Source: Blastocatellia bacterium
GTDB taxonomy: Bacteria; Acidobacteriota; Blastocatellia; Chloracidobacteriales; JADJPF01
Direction: 5' to 3'
Assembly (NCBI GenBank): GCA_016713405.1
Contig: JADJPF010000011.1
Coordinates: forward strand, 114,989 to 178,988
DNA length: 64,000 nucleotides
Part shown: in pieces, positions 10,055 to 20,698 of the stretch
Layout: each line of letters opens with the position of its first letter
Numbering within the stretch: the stretch's first letter is position 1
The notes under the pieces: model-generated
Told to the model about the DNA's origin: nothing
What the model saw: only the letters and a program-made list of their open reading frames with translations
Database searches by the model: none
Made by a program: the position numbers and the translations under genes

Positions 10055-10264
10055 TACAGCGTAAACTAAGTTTTTTGACATTTTTATTTCTTAAAGCCCC
10101 AGAGGGGCGAAATAAATGTAGCCTAGGGTTTCAACCCTAGGAAATAATAGTTAAGTCTCTTTAAGCCCTGTAAGGGCAACATAGTCTTTTAATACTAAGA
10201 AAATACTATATCGCCCCGTTGGGGCTTAAGATTAAAATATCAGAAAATTTAGTTTACAGAGTAT
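10054..10264. repeat. Family-1 modular hairpin repeat (MITE-like), copy A.
   Basis: Imperfect terminal inverted repeats GTACAGCGTAAACTAAG ... CTTAGTTTACAGAGTA. Internal GC-rich mini-hairpins are GCCCCAGAGGGGC, CCTAGGGTTTCAACCCTAGG, GCCCTGTAAGGGC and GCCCCGTTGGGGC. Related copies lie at 34445-34724 and 58031-58234. Confidence 0.75.
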
Positions 10265-10417
10265 TTAGCATAATTTTCTTATTAAATTTATAAATTGCAC
10301 ATTACAAAAAATTAGTTAAAAATAATTGTCACCCTTTGCTTCTGTCCAAGTTCCAAGATAAGCTAAAATCAATTATTATAAATAAATATAGTCAATTTTA
10401 TTATTTCGAGGCCGATA

Positions 10418-13400
10418 ATGTTTTTTATTCGGACAGTAGCTTTATTTTTATTAATTGGCACTAATTTTTTTATTTGTTTGACACCACTAGTTTTAGCGCA
10501 AACAGGGGCTACAACTGGCACAATAACGGGAGTTATCCAGGATCGGACAAATGCTGTAATTTCTGGAGCAAAAATAACGGCTCGACAGGTGGAAACAAAT
10601 TTAACTTATGAAGTAGTTTCTGAGGAAAAAGGAAACTATATTTTTGCACAGCTTCCACCGGGAAAATATGAAATTATTGCTCAAGCAACTGGTTTTACTA
10701 ATGTTAAAGAAGTTGTAATTTTAACTTTAGGGACTACTGCACTTATAGATTTTTTCATGGATATTGCTGGCACAGACCCAAATGTTATTTTGGTTACTGT
10801 TAATCAAAATCTTGAGCCAAAAACAGAAAGTAGCACAAATATTGAACAAGCTCGGATTGAAGGATTACCCTCCCAACAGCGTAATTTTTTAGACTTTTCA
10901 ATTATTTCTCCTCGTGTTTTAGCTGATAGATTGCCGTCAAATGGCGTTGTTGCAACTTCTGGAATTTCTGCTAATAGTCAATCGGCTAGATTTAATAATA
11001 TTACTATAGATGGTCTGGATAATAATGATCACGTAAGCGGTGCAGCGCGTTCATCATTTGGACAAGATGCTGTACAAGAGTTTCAAGTAATTACAGATAG
11101 CTACAGTGCAGAGTTTGGAAGGGTTTTAGGAGGAATTGTTAATATTGTAACTCGTGGCGGGACAAATGAATTTCGAGGAGAAAGCTTTTTTCTTAACCGA
11201 AATGATGCTGTTGCTGCTCGTGATGTTTTTGCACGTAAAAAACAAGCTCTAAATCAATATCAATTTGGAGCTTTATTTAGTGGGCCTATAAAAAAAGATA
11301 AGACATTTTTATTTACTTCTTTTGAGCGTTTAACTGCTGAACAAAGCAATATTGTTACTCTAAGCCAAGATGCAATTAGAGTAACTCAAAATGAAGGATT
11401 TAACTTAAGAAATGGGATAGTTACTTATGCCGTTGGTACAACTTCAGTGCTTGCTAGAGTGGATAGCCAGCTTTCTCCTAACAGTACATTGTGGGTTCGC
11501 TACAATGGAGGCTTTAACTATGATGGATCGTTTCAAGACTTCCGAGGGTTAATTGCTGAAACTGCTGGAGGAATACAAAGACTTTCTGATAATACAATTG
11601 CTGCAAGCAATACTTATATAAGTACAAAATTTAATTTAGTTAATGAAGCGCGGCTGCTTTTTAGCCGGCGGGATCAGGATATTTTGCCTATTGATGAAAA
11701 TGGCCCACAAATTCAACTTGATGCTGTTGAGGGGGAATTTTGTTTGGGCGGAATGTTTTGCTACCACAACTTAGAGAAGAAAATGTTTATCAATTTGTTG
11801 ATAATATTTCTTTGCCAAGAAATCGCCATCAAATAAAGTTTGGAGTAGATATTTTTTACTCTAATTTAGGTAAATTTTCTTTACCTTCTCTAAAAGCTGG
11901 TGCTGCAATTTTTAATATGTTTGATATAAACATGGCACTTGGAATTTCTGTTCCTGGACGAGTTTTAATGCCTTTTAACGCTTTTTCTCCAGCAGAGCGT
12001 AACTTTAACCAAAGACAGGACTTAAAACTATTAAGGATAGTGCTAGAAAGCAGATTTTCAGATTTTCCTAGAGGGTTACCAATACAAAATTTAGCTATTC
12101 CAATAGGTTTTACTCAAAGCTTTGGTAATGCTGAAAGTGCTAGTGATTACAAGTTTTTTTCTACATATTTTCAAGATGATATAAGGGTACGTCCTAATTT
12201 AATTATCAAAGCAGGTCTAAGGTATGACCTTAATATTGTAAGGTTTTCTCCTAGGTCAAAATTAAGCTTTAGTCCTAGGTTGGCTATTGCTTATCAGCCT
12301 ACTAAATTGCCTAAAGCTAATATTAGGGCAGCTTATGGTATTTTTGTTGGTGCGCCTTTAGCTGGTGTAATACTTACGGCAGAACTTTCTGGTAGATTGA
12401 CTAATCTTACTTTTCCTTTTCCTTTTTCTATTCTTGCTTTTAACCAGCCAGGAAGACGCTTTGCTATAGGTAATGAAATCCCAAAGGAATTTAGAAGACT
12501 AGCCATTCCTCAGCTTTCACAAAATTTTGCTATAGATAATAATTTGCGTGATAGCTATGCTCAACAAGCCACTTTAGCCATAGATTATACCTTTAACCCA
12601 GTAACTAAGCTTTCCTTAAGTTACAACTTTGTTCGTGGAATAAAACTTTTTGGATCAAGAGATATTAACCCTATTGTTAGGCCAATTTTGGGCGATCCTA
12701 TACAAAGCGCGATAAGAGGACGTGTTAACCCATCAAGAGGAAGTATTTTTGAATTAGAATCAGCTTTTGATAGCTATTATCATGCTTTTACTGTTTCCTT
12801 AGACCGACGCTTTAACAACCGTTTTAGCCTTCTTACACATTATACTTTTTCTAAAGCTATTGATAATACTGTAGACTTTTTCCCATTATTTCAAGAAATA
12901 GCTAACCCTTTACAACCAGGTTTAGAGCGAGGGCTTTCTATTCAAGATGTACGGAGTCGATTAGTTTCGACAGGTGTTTGGGACTTAAATTATAGTAAAA
13001 ATGTTTTTTTAAGAAATTTTCGTCTTTCTACAATTATTAGTCTTAATTCGGGCCGTCCTTATAACTTGCTTGCAGGTGTAGATTTAGATCGTAGCGGAGA
13101 CACTCCACCAAGAGATCGACCTGCTTTTTTAGGAAGAAATGTTGGTATTACACCAGGTTTTGCTACTGTAGACCTTCGTTTAACTCGTAATTTTTCTGTC
13201 AAAGAAACCTATCGTATCCAAGCTTTTATTGAAGGCTTTAATTTATTTAATAGAGTAAATATAGATCCTAATCAAATTAACCGAGTCTTTTTACCAATTA
13301 GAAGAACTCGTAGTTTTATGCTTCCACCAGTAGAAAATGGTCGTTTTATTGCTCCACCAGCAAATTTTCGAGGTGCTTTTCCTGCTCGTCAAATACAGTT

Positions 13401-13422
13401 AGGTTTGCGGCTCTCTTTTTAA
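10418..13422 (+). pseudogene. TonB-dependent-receptor-like OMP with an N-terminal CarboxypepD_reg domain, split by a 1-nt frameshift.
   Basis: Signal peptide, then TGTITGVIQD...KITARQVETN...GKYEI (carboxypeptidase regulatory-like domain), a plug-like region, and a beta-barrel ending QLGLRLSF. ORFs 10418-11836 and 11740-13422 join if the G5 run at 11731-11735 is read as G6 (..DAVEGGILFGRNVLLPQ..). Confidence 0.8.
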
Positions 13423-13583
13423 AATTTCGAGGAAAATTAAAAGTTTGTTAACTATTAGTAAATACAAGTAAATAAAGTTAACTAATAGCAAATTTTCTGG
13501 TTTGCACTCAGTTCTAGCAATGATAAAATCGCCGCTAAAGAAACAACAATTTATTTATAACAAACTTAAAAAGGAAAAATATC

Positions 13584-14778
13584 ATGTCTGATGATCTATT
13601 AGAGTGGCGTAAAGAATTTCCAATCCTAGAAAAGACTGTCTATATGGTCAGCCATTCTCTAGGGGCAATGCCACGCAGGGTTTATGAAAAATTGAATGAA
13701 TTTGCAGATATGTGGGCTAGTCGTGGTGTACGGGCTTGGACTGAAGGTTGGTGGGATATGCCAATAACAGTTGGTGATAAAGTTGGCAAAATTATAGGTG
13801 CTAACCCAGGCGAAGTTGCAATGCACCAAAATGTTTCTATAGCTCAATCTTTGATTATTTCTTGCTTTCAACCTACTACAAAACGAAACAAGGTTGTTTA
13901 TTCATCTCTAAATTTTCCTAGTGTAATGTATGTTTATGAGTCTTTTGCCCGTGATGGTCGCTTTCGTATTAATGTTGTAGAATCCGATGATGGGATGACG
14001 GTTTCGCTAGAAAAAATGTTAGCTGCTATAGATGAACAAACTTTGCTAGTTCCTATTTCACATGTTTTATTTAAGAGTTCTTTTCTACAAGATGCAAAAG
14101 CTATTATTAAACGCGCAACATGAAGTTGGTGCTTATGTAATTTTAGATACATATCAATCTGCTGGTACTGTTCCAATTAATGTTAAAGATTTAGATGTAG
14201 ATTTTGTTGTTGGAGGCTCAGTTAAATGGCTTTGCGGTGGCCCTGGTGCAGGTTATCTTTATGTCCGACCAGATTTACGAGATAGCCTAGAGCCACGCAC
14301 TACAGGCTGGCAAGCCCATCAAGACCCATTTGCTTTTGAAACCGGAGCAATTCGCTATGCTCCAAATGCTTTCCGATTTTTGCATGGCTCACCTCATATT
14401 CCTTGTCTTTATAGTGCGCAGGCTGGTTACGATATTGTTAATGAAATTGGTGTAGAACGTATTAGGGCAAAATCTACTCGTCAAACTACTTGGTTAATTA
14501 ATTCTGCTTTAGAACAAGGTTGGCGTGTACCAACACCGCGAAACCCAAATGAACGCGGAGGAGCAGTAGTTATTGATGTTAATAATGGTGCTGCTGTAAC
14601 AAAAGAATTAATTAGACGAGAAATTCTAGTAGATTATCGCCCTGGGGCAGGAATTCGTATTGCTCCGCATTTTTATACCAAAGACGAAGAGCTAGAAATT
14701 ACAGTTAAAAATATTAAAGAAATTTTAGAAACTAATGCCTATGAAAAGCACTTATCTGCTGCTAATCTAAAAATGTAG
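13584..14778 (+). pseudogene. kynU: Kynureninase-like class-V PLP enzyme, split by a 1-nt insertion.
   Basis: The N-terminus WRKEFPIL...SHSLGAMP...WASRGVRAW...FPSVMYVY resembles kynureninase. Deleting one A at 14117/14118 joins ..AIIKRA to HEVGAYVILDTYQSAG. kynA lies 2 kb downstream. Confidence 0.7.
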
Positions 14779-14784
14779 GTAAAA

Positions 14785-16803
14785 ATGCCAGCTAATAAAG
14801 AAGAACATCCATTTTTTAGACCTTATTGCCTCTTAACAGGTCTTGGAGGAATGTTTTTACTTTTTTTTCTAACCAAATCCTGGACTAGTCAATTGCCGCT
14901 TTTTTCAGGAGAGTTTTGGCTACTTGCTTTGTTTGCCACTTTTTTAAGCACATTAGGCTTTAATATTGGCCGAGGCTCTTTGCATGTTTCTCTTACTTCG
15001 ATTTTTGAAATAATGTTACTTCTTTCTTTTGGCCCTCTGGCAACTATTTGGATTTCAGCTATAAGCTTTGCTGGTGGGCCAATTCTTAGATCTTTAGATC
15101 GTCTCTATATTCGCAAACTTCCATTACTAAGACCTTGGAATGATCAATTTTTTATTTCTGTTTTTAGTAGTGGTATGGCCGCTTTTATGTGGACTATTGG
15201 CAGTCTTACTTATAAATTTTTAGGTTGTTCAGATTGTACTGCCATTAACTACATATTTAGCCTAGATTTAGCTATTCTGTTAGTAGTTACTATTGCTAAT
15301 AATTTTACTAACTCTATTTTTCTAGGGCTTTATCAAAAACTCTCTGGTAATTCTGTAAAAGAATTTTTTTCTAAAGACTTTTTATCTAGTGCAGGTTTTG
15401 AACTAGCTACAACTCCTGTTGGTGTGCTACTAGCTGCTGTTTATCAAGTAATGGGCTGGGGTGCGCTGTTTTGGGCATTATTAATTCTTATCGCAGTAGG
15501 TGTTTTATTACGTGATCACTCAAACACTTTGGTAGATTTAGAAGAAAGGCTAACAGATTTAAGACTAATTAACCGCTTTGGCTATGCTGCCAATACATTG
15601 TTAAATAAAGAAGAACTCTTAAAACGAGTTTATCGAGAAGTTACAGATCTTTTTAATCCAACAACATTTACTATTGCATTATTTGACAGCGAAAATAATA
15701 AAATTGAAATAGCTTTAAGAATGGAAAAAGATGTTTTATGTGAAAAACAAGTTTTACCATTAAGTGAAGGTATTCTAAGCCATATAATTAATACTAAGAA
15801 AACTCTGCTTTGGCGTGATAGAGCAGAATGGAAAAACCTAAGACTTTCCTATGGTATAAGTCCTAATCATCCAATTCCTGAATCTTTTTTAGCTGTACCT
15901 GTATTAAATGGAAATGATGTTTTAGGTGTTATTGCAGTAGAAAAAGAGCAACCAAGAGCTTTTGATAGTAATGATCGTCGGTTGCTTTTTACCATTGCAG
16001 GCCAACTTGCTGGAGCAATTCGTAATGCTCGCCTTTATAATGAAATGGAAAAAAACTTTATTTCTATGCGTGAACTTAATCGCATGAAAGATGAGTTCCT
16101 TAATAATATTAGTCATGAACTGCGCACACCTCTAACTGTAATTATTGGCTGGGGGGAACTAATGGCTTATAGCCGACTCTCAGAAAAACAACATAATTCT
16201 GCTATAGAACAAATTAATAAATCTTCTACTAGGCTACTTTATTTAGTAAATTCCTTACTAGATCTTTCTAAAATAGAAAAAGGCTCTTTTAGACTTGAGT
16301 TACAGAAAATCAATGTTAATGATGCTATAAAAAATGCTGTTGAAGATAACACTATTGATGCTGTAGCTAAAAATATTGAAATAACTTGCCAACTAGCTTT
16401 AGATTTACCTTTTCTTTTTGCTGATCCTTTAAGATTGCAACAAATTGTTTCTAACCTAATTAATAATGCTGTGAAATTTACTAATAATGATGGTCTTATA
16501 GTAGTTCGTAGTGAAATGATAGAAAAAGAAGTTTTGATTAGCGTGTCCGATAATGGGATAGGTATAACGGAAGAAGTATTACCACATATATTTGAGAGAT
16601 TTAGCCAAGCAGATGCTTCAACGACTCGCAAATATGGAGGAGTTGGTATAGGTTTGACTTTAGTAAAAAAATTGGTGGAAATGCATGGAGGAAAAATTAC
16701 AGTAGGAAGTGAGATAGGCAAAGGCAGTACCTTTAGTTTAATATTGCCGTTAGATAATGATTTTGTTAGGGCTAAACCTGCTGTAAAAGAAAAGACTGCT
16801 TAA
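14785..16803 (+). CDS. Membrane sensor histidine kinase (multi-TM N-domain, GAF, HisKA, HATPase_c).
   Basis: About 6-7 hydrophobic helices in the first 240 aa. GAF-like segment (..FLAVPVLNGNDVLGVIAVE..). H-box FLNNISHELRTPL. GIGLTLVKKLVEMHGG. Confidence 0.88.
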   Translation: MPANKEEHPFFRPYCLLTGLGGMFLLFFLTKSWTSQLPLFSGEFWLLALFATFLSTLGFNIGRGSLHVSLTSIFEIMLLLSFGPLATIWISAISFAGGPILRSLDRLYIRKLPLLRPWNDQFFISVFSSGMAAFMWTIGSLTYKFLGCSDCTAINYIFSLDLAILLVVTIANNFTNSIFLGLYQKLSGNSVKEFFSKDFLSSAGFELATTPVGVLLAAVYQVMGWGALFWALLILIAVGVLLRDHSNTLVDLEERLTDLRLINRFGYAANTLLNKEELLKRVYREVTDLFNPTTFTIALFDSENNKIEIALRMEKDVLCEKQVLPLSEGILSHIINTKKTLLWRDRAEWKNLRLSYGISPNHPIPESFLAVPVLNGNDVLGVIAVEKEQPRAFDSNDRRLLFTIAGQLAGAIRNARLYNEMEKNFISMRELNRMKDEFLNNISHELRTPLTVIIGWGELMAYSRLSEKQHNSAIEQINKSSTRLLYLVNSLLDLSKIEKGSFRLELQKINVNDAIKNAVEDNTIDAVAKNIEITCQLALDLPFLFADPLRLQQIVSNLINNAVKFTNNDGLIVVRSEMIEKEVLISVSDNGIGITEEVLPHIFERFSQADASTTRKYGGVGIGLTLVKKLVEMHGGKITVGSEIGKGSTFSLILPLDNDFVRAKPAVKEKTA

Positions 16804-16835
16804 TTTAGATATTAAAACTTTGGAGAATAAAAATA

Positions 16836-17681
16836 ATGCCAGGATACTTTGGGGCTAATATAGATGGAATAAAACCGCTTAACTATGATGAATACTTAAA
16901 AGTGCCTCAGTTAATTAATTTACAAGAATGCCGTTCTACACCTGCTCATCATGATGAAATGTTATTTATAATTATTCATCAAACTTATGAACTTTGGTTT
17001 AGGCTAATTTTGCATGAATGTGATTCGGCAATGATGGCAATGAAAAATGATGATTTATTTCTTGCAGAACGACAACTTGGGCGAGTAGTTGAAATTAATC
17101 GAATCTTAGTTCCTCAAATACATATTTTAGAAACTATGCTTCCAGTTGATTTTTTGGCTTTTAGAGATCACTTAAAACCCGCAAGTGGTTTTCAGTCAGC
17201 ACAATTTCGAGAAGTAGAATTTAGTTGTGGATTAAAAGATGAGCGTATTTTAGGGGCATTTGCTGACCAACCCGAAGCATTAGAAAGACTTAAACAACGC
17301 TTAAACTCTCCAACTCTAGCAGATGCTTTTTATCAACTGCTTGCTCGCCGAGGTTTTGATGTAACTGTCCCACCTCCAAGGTCTGAAAATGAAATTTGGA
17401 ATAATTGGCAGGAAAAAGTAGTAAAAGAATTATTAAAGGTCTATCTTACACCTTCGCAACATTATGATATTTATAGGCTTGCAGAACGGTTAGTTGAAGT
17501 GGATGAATATACTAATTTATGGCGATTTCATCATTTACGAATGGTGGAAAGAATGATTGGTAATAAATTTGGTACAGGTGGTAGCGAAGGAATTGGTTAT
17601 CTACAACGCACTTTAGGTAATAAATTTTTTCCAGAACTTTGGCAAGTTCGCACTCATTTAGAAAAATTTAATAATAGCTAA
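16836..17681 (+). CDS. kynA: Tryptophan 2,3-dioxygenase.
   Basis: YDEYLKVPQLINLQ...HDEMLFIIIHQTYELWF...FRDHL..ASGFQSAQFRE...HLRMVERMIG.K.GTGGS are characteristic TDO blocks. Confidence 0.9.
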   Translation: MPGYFGANIDGIKPLNYDEYLKVPQLINLQECRSTPAHHDEMLFIIIHQTYELWFRLILHECDSAMMAMKNDDLFLAERQLGRVVEINRILVPQIHILETMLPVDFLAFRDHLKPASGFQSAQFREVEFSCGLKDERILGAFADQPEALERLKQRLNSPTLADAFYQLLARRGFDVTVPPPRSENEIWNNWQEKVVKELLKVYLTPSQHYDIYRLAERLVEVDEYTNLWRFHHLRMVERMIGNKFGTGGSEGIGYLQRTLGNKFFPELWQVRTHLEKFNNS

Positions 17682-17690
17682 AATAAAGAT

Positions 17691-17732
17691 CACAAACTTT
17701 AACTTAGTATGTTTGCTAAGTTAAAGTTTGTG
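17691..17732. terminator. Perfect 17-bp hairpin between convergent genes; likely a bidirectional terminator.
   Basis: CACAAACTTTAACTTAG-(8 nt)-CTAAGTTAAAGTTTGTG lies between kynA (+) and the radical SAM gene (-). There is no clean T-run. Confidence 0.5.
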
Positions 17733-17782
17733 GTACTAGTAAAACAGCTTGGTAAATTAATTGCCTAATGCTTTTAAGCTAA

Positions 17783-18742
17783 TTAGGCAAATACTTTACC
17801 AACACGGTCTGATAAATTATAAATTTTTCTTACAGGTAGAAGCCCTAGTAATCTATAGTCCCCAACTGCATTAAGCCCAGCAGATGCAATACATCCACAT
17901 TGTTTACAATCTGGATTACCCCCAAATTGACAAGGGCTAATTTTATTTTGCAAATCAGCAGTAATATTTAAGGTTGTACGGGAAAAAATACAGTCTTTAG
18001 GTGAGTCTGGAGGTTTACGATAACCCTCAAGCACTAAGTTTGGAAGATTTAACTTAGGAAATTGTACCCTTAAGCTGGCAAGTTCATTTAATACCGCTTC
18101 ACGAGTTTGAGGAGAAAGAATTTCCTCTGCTGTATCTCCAACTTGAGGAGTAAAAAGACTAAACCAAATTTTTTTAACTTCAGGACGATCTGACCAGAAG
18201 GATAAGAAATCTTTGAAATAATTAGGCTTTTTGGTCATTTGATTAGTAATTGTACAATGTACAGTAATAGAATGCCCTACGATATTTTTAAGTATTTTTT
18301 CGTAAGTTGCAGGTTTTCTTCTTACATCGTGTTCTGGTTGTAAACCATCTATGGATACCACTAAGTAGACTTCCTTTAGCTTTGCCCATTCAACAGGGAT
18401 TTCACGCACTGCACTAGTAACTACTTGGACGGCAATTCCCATATCGCATAAAATAGGTAATAAGGTATTTAATTCCTTAAATCTTACTAAAGGCTCGCCT
18501 CCTACAATAGATAAATGTAAGGGCTTATGTTGTTTTACTAAAGCTACAACACCATCAACTAGAGCTTGACCTTTATAGTCAGCAAGTTGGCGAAGTGTTC
18601 CAAGGCTTCCTAAATGTTGTGGTTCATAGGCATAACAACCCGGACAACGTAAGGGACACTCACGAGTAATTTCAATAGATAAAGAAGGGTAATGACCACC
18701 TAGAATGCGCTTCCATGCTCGTAATACATCTGTAGATCTCAT
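17783..18742 (-). CDS. Radical SAM protein with a C-terminal Cys-rich (SPASM-like) region.
   Basis: CPLRCPGCYA (CxxxCxxC) near the N-terminus, GGEPL, and the C-terminal motif CQFGGNPDCKQCGC. Confidence 0.8.
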   Translation of the reverse strand: MRSTDVLRAWKRILGGHYPSLSIEITRECPLRCPGCYAYEPQHLGSLGTLRQLADYKGQALVDGVVALVKQHKPLHLSIVGGEPLVRFKELNTLLPILCDMGIAVQVVTSAVREIPVEWAKLKEVYLVVSIDGLQPEHDVRRKPATYEKILKNIVGHSITVHCTITNQMTKKPNYFKDFLSFWSDRPEVKKIWFSLFTPQVGDTAEEILSPQTREAVLNELASLRVQFPKLNLPNLVLEGYRKPPDSPKDCIFSRTTLNITADLQNKISPCQFGGNPDCKQCGCIASAGLNAVGDYRLLGLLPVRKIYNLSDRVGKVFA

Positions 18743-19152
18743 TTATTGTTCCTAATTTAAATGGGGGTAGTGAACGATAATTTGCAAAATAATTGCAAAA
18801 TGTAATTCTACATAGATTTAAAAAAACTTTAGATTTAAGTAAGTACTTTTAGATAAAAATAAAGTTTTTAAGAAAATCAATAGCCAAAGCATAGCACAAG
18901 TATTTTAGGGACGACATCTTGCTTGGATAAAGATTTAGGGCTTAAAAAGGTGTTAAAGACACTAAGCATAAGATCATTTTGATCTAATGGATTTACAGAG
19001 ATCTGATCAAAATTATCTATATAATGAGTGCTAAATCTTACAAACCACTAGCTGATGTGGTAGTTTAGGATCTTTAATCTTGACTTTATTAGATTAGAAC
19101 TATATCTTGATTTTGAAGTTGTTCACAATACCATAAGTAGTGATTAGAAAAT

Positions 19153-19890
19153 ATGAATCAGCCCTTAACAACTAGAAAAAACAATACAATAGATTGTGAA
19201 ATACCTCCTACCAACCCCTATTTGTCGATCCTTCAGGGAGAGTTTCCCTGGTGTTTGGATGATTCAGAAGAAACAGGTGACAGTAGTGATCTAATAGGTT
19301 GTTTTGATTTAGTTATTGCTGAGCCAGGTGTTAGTAGCAAAAGCCATAATCAGCAAAAAAGATTACAAGAGCGTTGTCATCCTAATACAACTTGGATTGC
19401 TCATACAGAGCTTTTTATGAAAGAAAATAGCTCACTGCTAGTTTTTAGTCCGCTTGAATCTATAGGCTCTTATGTTGATGCTTTGCTTAAGGCAGGACTA
19501 AATTACAATACTACTTATTTATGGCAAAAGAAACGTGTTGAAAAATCTACAGATAACATAGATCCATTTTTGGCTATTTTATGGGCTAGCAAAGGTTCTC
19601 CTTCTTATGTTCCTTTTGCTTCAGAAACTAGACTGATTAATTCTTCCCTAACAACTAATAATGGCTCTTTATCAAATATAGAAAGTAATGAAAGGTATAG
19701 TCTTTTACAGTTTTTAGTACAATCATTTACTAAACCAGATATGTTAGTGCTAGAACCTTTTACCAATAGTTTAGAGCTAATGTCTGTTTGTCAAAAGCTT
19801 TCCCGATATTGTTTAGCAATTTCTAGAAAACGTAGTCTAGTTAAACAAACAGAACAACTTTTAATTGAGTCCTTACAACAAACTGCATAA
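19153..19890 (+). CDS. Degenerate N4/N6 DNA-methyltransferase-like protein with catalytic and SAM-binding motifs eroded.
   Basis: The layout resembles the PF01555-type fold. FDLVIAEPGVSS sits in place of D-PPY. YLWQKK and ILWASKG sit in place of the W.K blocks. LVLEPFTNSLELMSVCQKLSRYCLAISRK sits in place of VLDPFxGSGTT...GR..IGIE. Confidence 0.45.
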   Translation: MNQPLTTRKNNTIDCEIPPTNPYLSILQGEFPWCLDDSEETGDSSDLIGCFDLVIAEPGVSSKSHNQQKRLQERCHPNTTWIAHTELFMKENSSLLVFSPLESIGSYVDALLKAGLNYNTTYLWQKKRVEKSTDNIDPFLAILWASKGSPSYVPFASETRLINSSLTTNNGSLSNIESNERYSLLQFLVQSFTKPDMLVLEPFTNSLELMSVCQKLSRYCLAISRKRSLVKQTEQLLIESLQQTA

Positions 19891-19926
19891 GTAGAATTTT
19901 AGTAAAAAGAAAAATTTAGGATAAAA

Positions 19927-19959
19927 AGCACAACAAATCTTTGTTGTGCTTTTTGTTTT
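19927..19959 (+). terminator. Rho-independent terminator.
   Basis: AGCACAACAAA-TC-TTTGTTGTGCT followed by TTTTGTTT, 37 nt after the stop at 19890. Confidence 0.8.
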
Positions 19960-20302
19960 AAAGAGTTTTTACTTGAAAAATAGCCTTAAAAACTGGTCTT
20001 CAAGGATAAATTGTATTTTTAATTGCAATAAATTGTAATACTGCTTCACATAAAGAGATAAGAAAAACTCTAATCCAAAACCTTATAACTGATAAAAATA
20101 CTGATAAATTTATCAGTATTTTGTTAAGAATGGATGTCTTAATTACCACTTATTAATAACTTATAAAAACCGCATTAACAACACATTAAAGATGAACAGA
20201 TAATATTTTTTTTACTTATAATGGCCTCAAGATAATATTCAATACACAAGTTACAAAAGTTAACTTAACCAAAATATTAGGGATATCTGATTTTGAGGGA
20301 TA

Positions 20303-20542
20303 GTGACAGTGGAAAACCAAGAAACAAACATAATTTATTTTAATTCTGAAGAACTTGATATTGATTCTACTTTGTTGCAATCAAATTGGGAAATAGTAAA
20401 TTCTCCACGGCCAATACCTGGTGAAATAGTTTGGCAAGGAAAATTTCGTCATGGAACATTTTATGCTGCTGGAAAAAAAGAGATATTTGGACGAATGTGG
20501 CATTACCTTGACGCTTGGCCTTGTAAATTAGTTTCTAGTTAA
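20303..20542 (+). CDS. Hypothetical 79-aa protein (GTG start).
   Basis: This is an ORF only. I recognise no motif, and it sits in an isolated AT-rich region. Confidence 0.3.
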   Translation: MTVENQETNIIYFNSEELDIDSTLLQSNWEIVNSPRPIPGEIVWQGKFRHGTFYAAGKKEIFGRMWHYLDAWPCKLVSS

Positions 20543-20698
20543 TGAGAAAATTAAATAAGCATAGTTTTACTAGATATAAAACTTATGTTTTAAACATAAA
20601 CAATTTATATTTGGTATTAATTAATAGCGTAAATTTATTTCTTGATTATTAAAGAAATTTATTATTTTACTAAAATAAAAAGACTTAAGCTAAAAAGC

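Noticed and set aside
10049-10269. A TTTAG target-site duplication flanking family-1 copy A.
   Set aside because: The left TTTAG also precedes copy C (TTTAGTACAGCGTAAC), so it is probably part of the element rather than a duplication. Copies B and C show no matching flanks. No target-site duplication is claimed.
17783-19152. A radical SAM/SPASM-like gene as part of a RiPP cluster with a nearby precursor peptide.
   Set aside because: I scanned the 410-bp upstream spacer and the downstream region on both strands. I found only 14-15-aa ORFs without ribosome-binding sites. No protease, transporter or leader-peptide candidate is adjacent.
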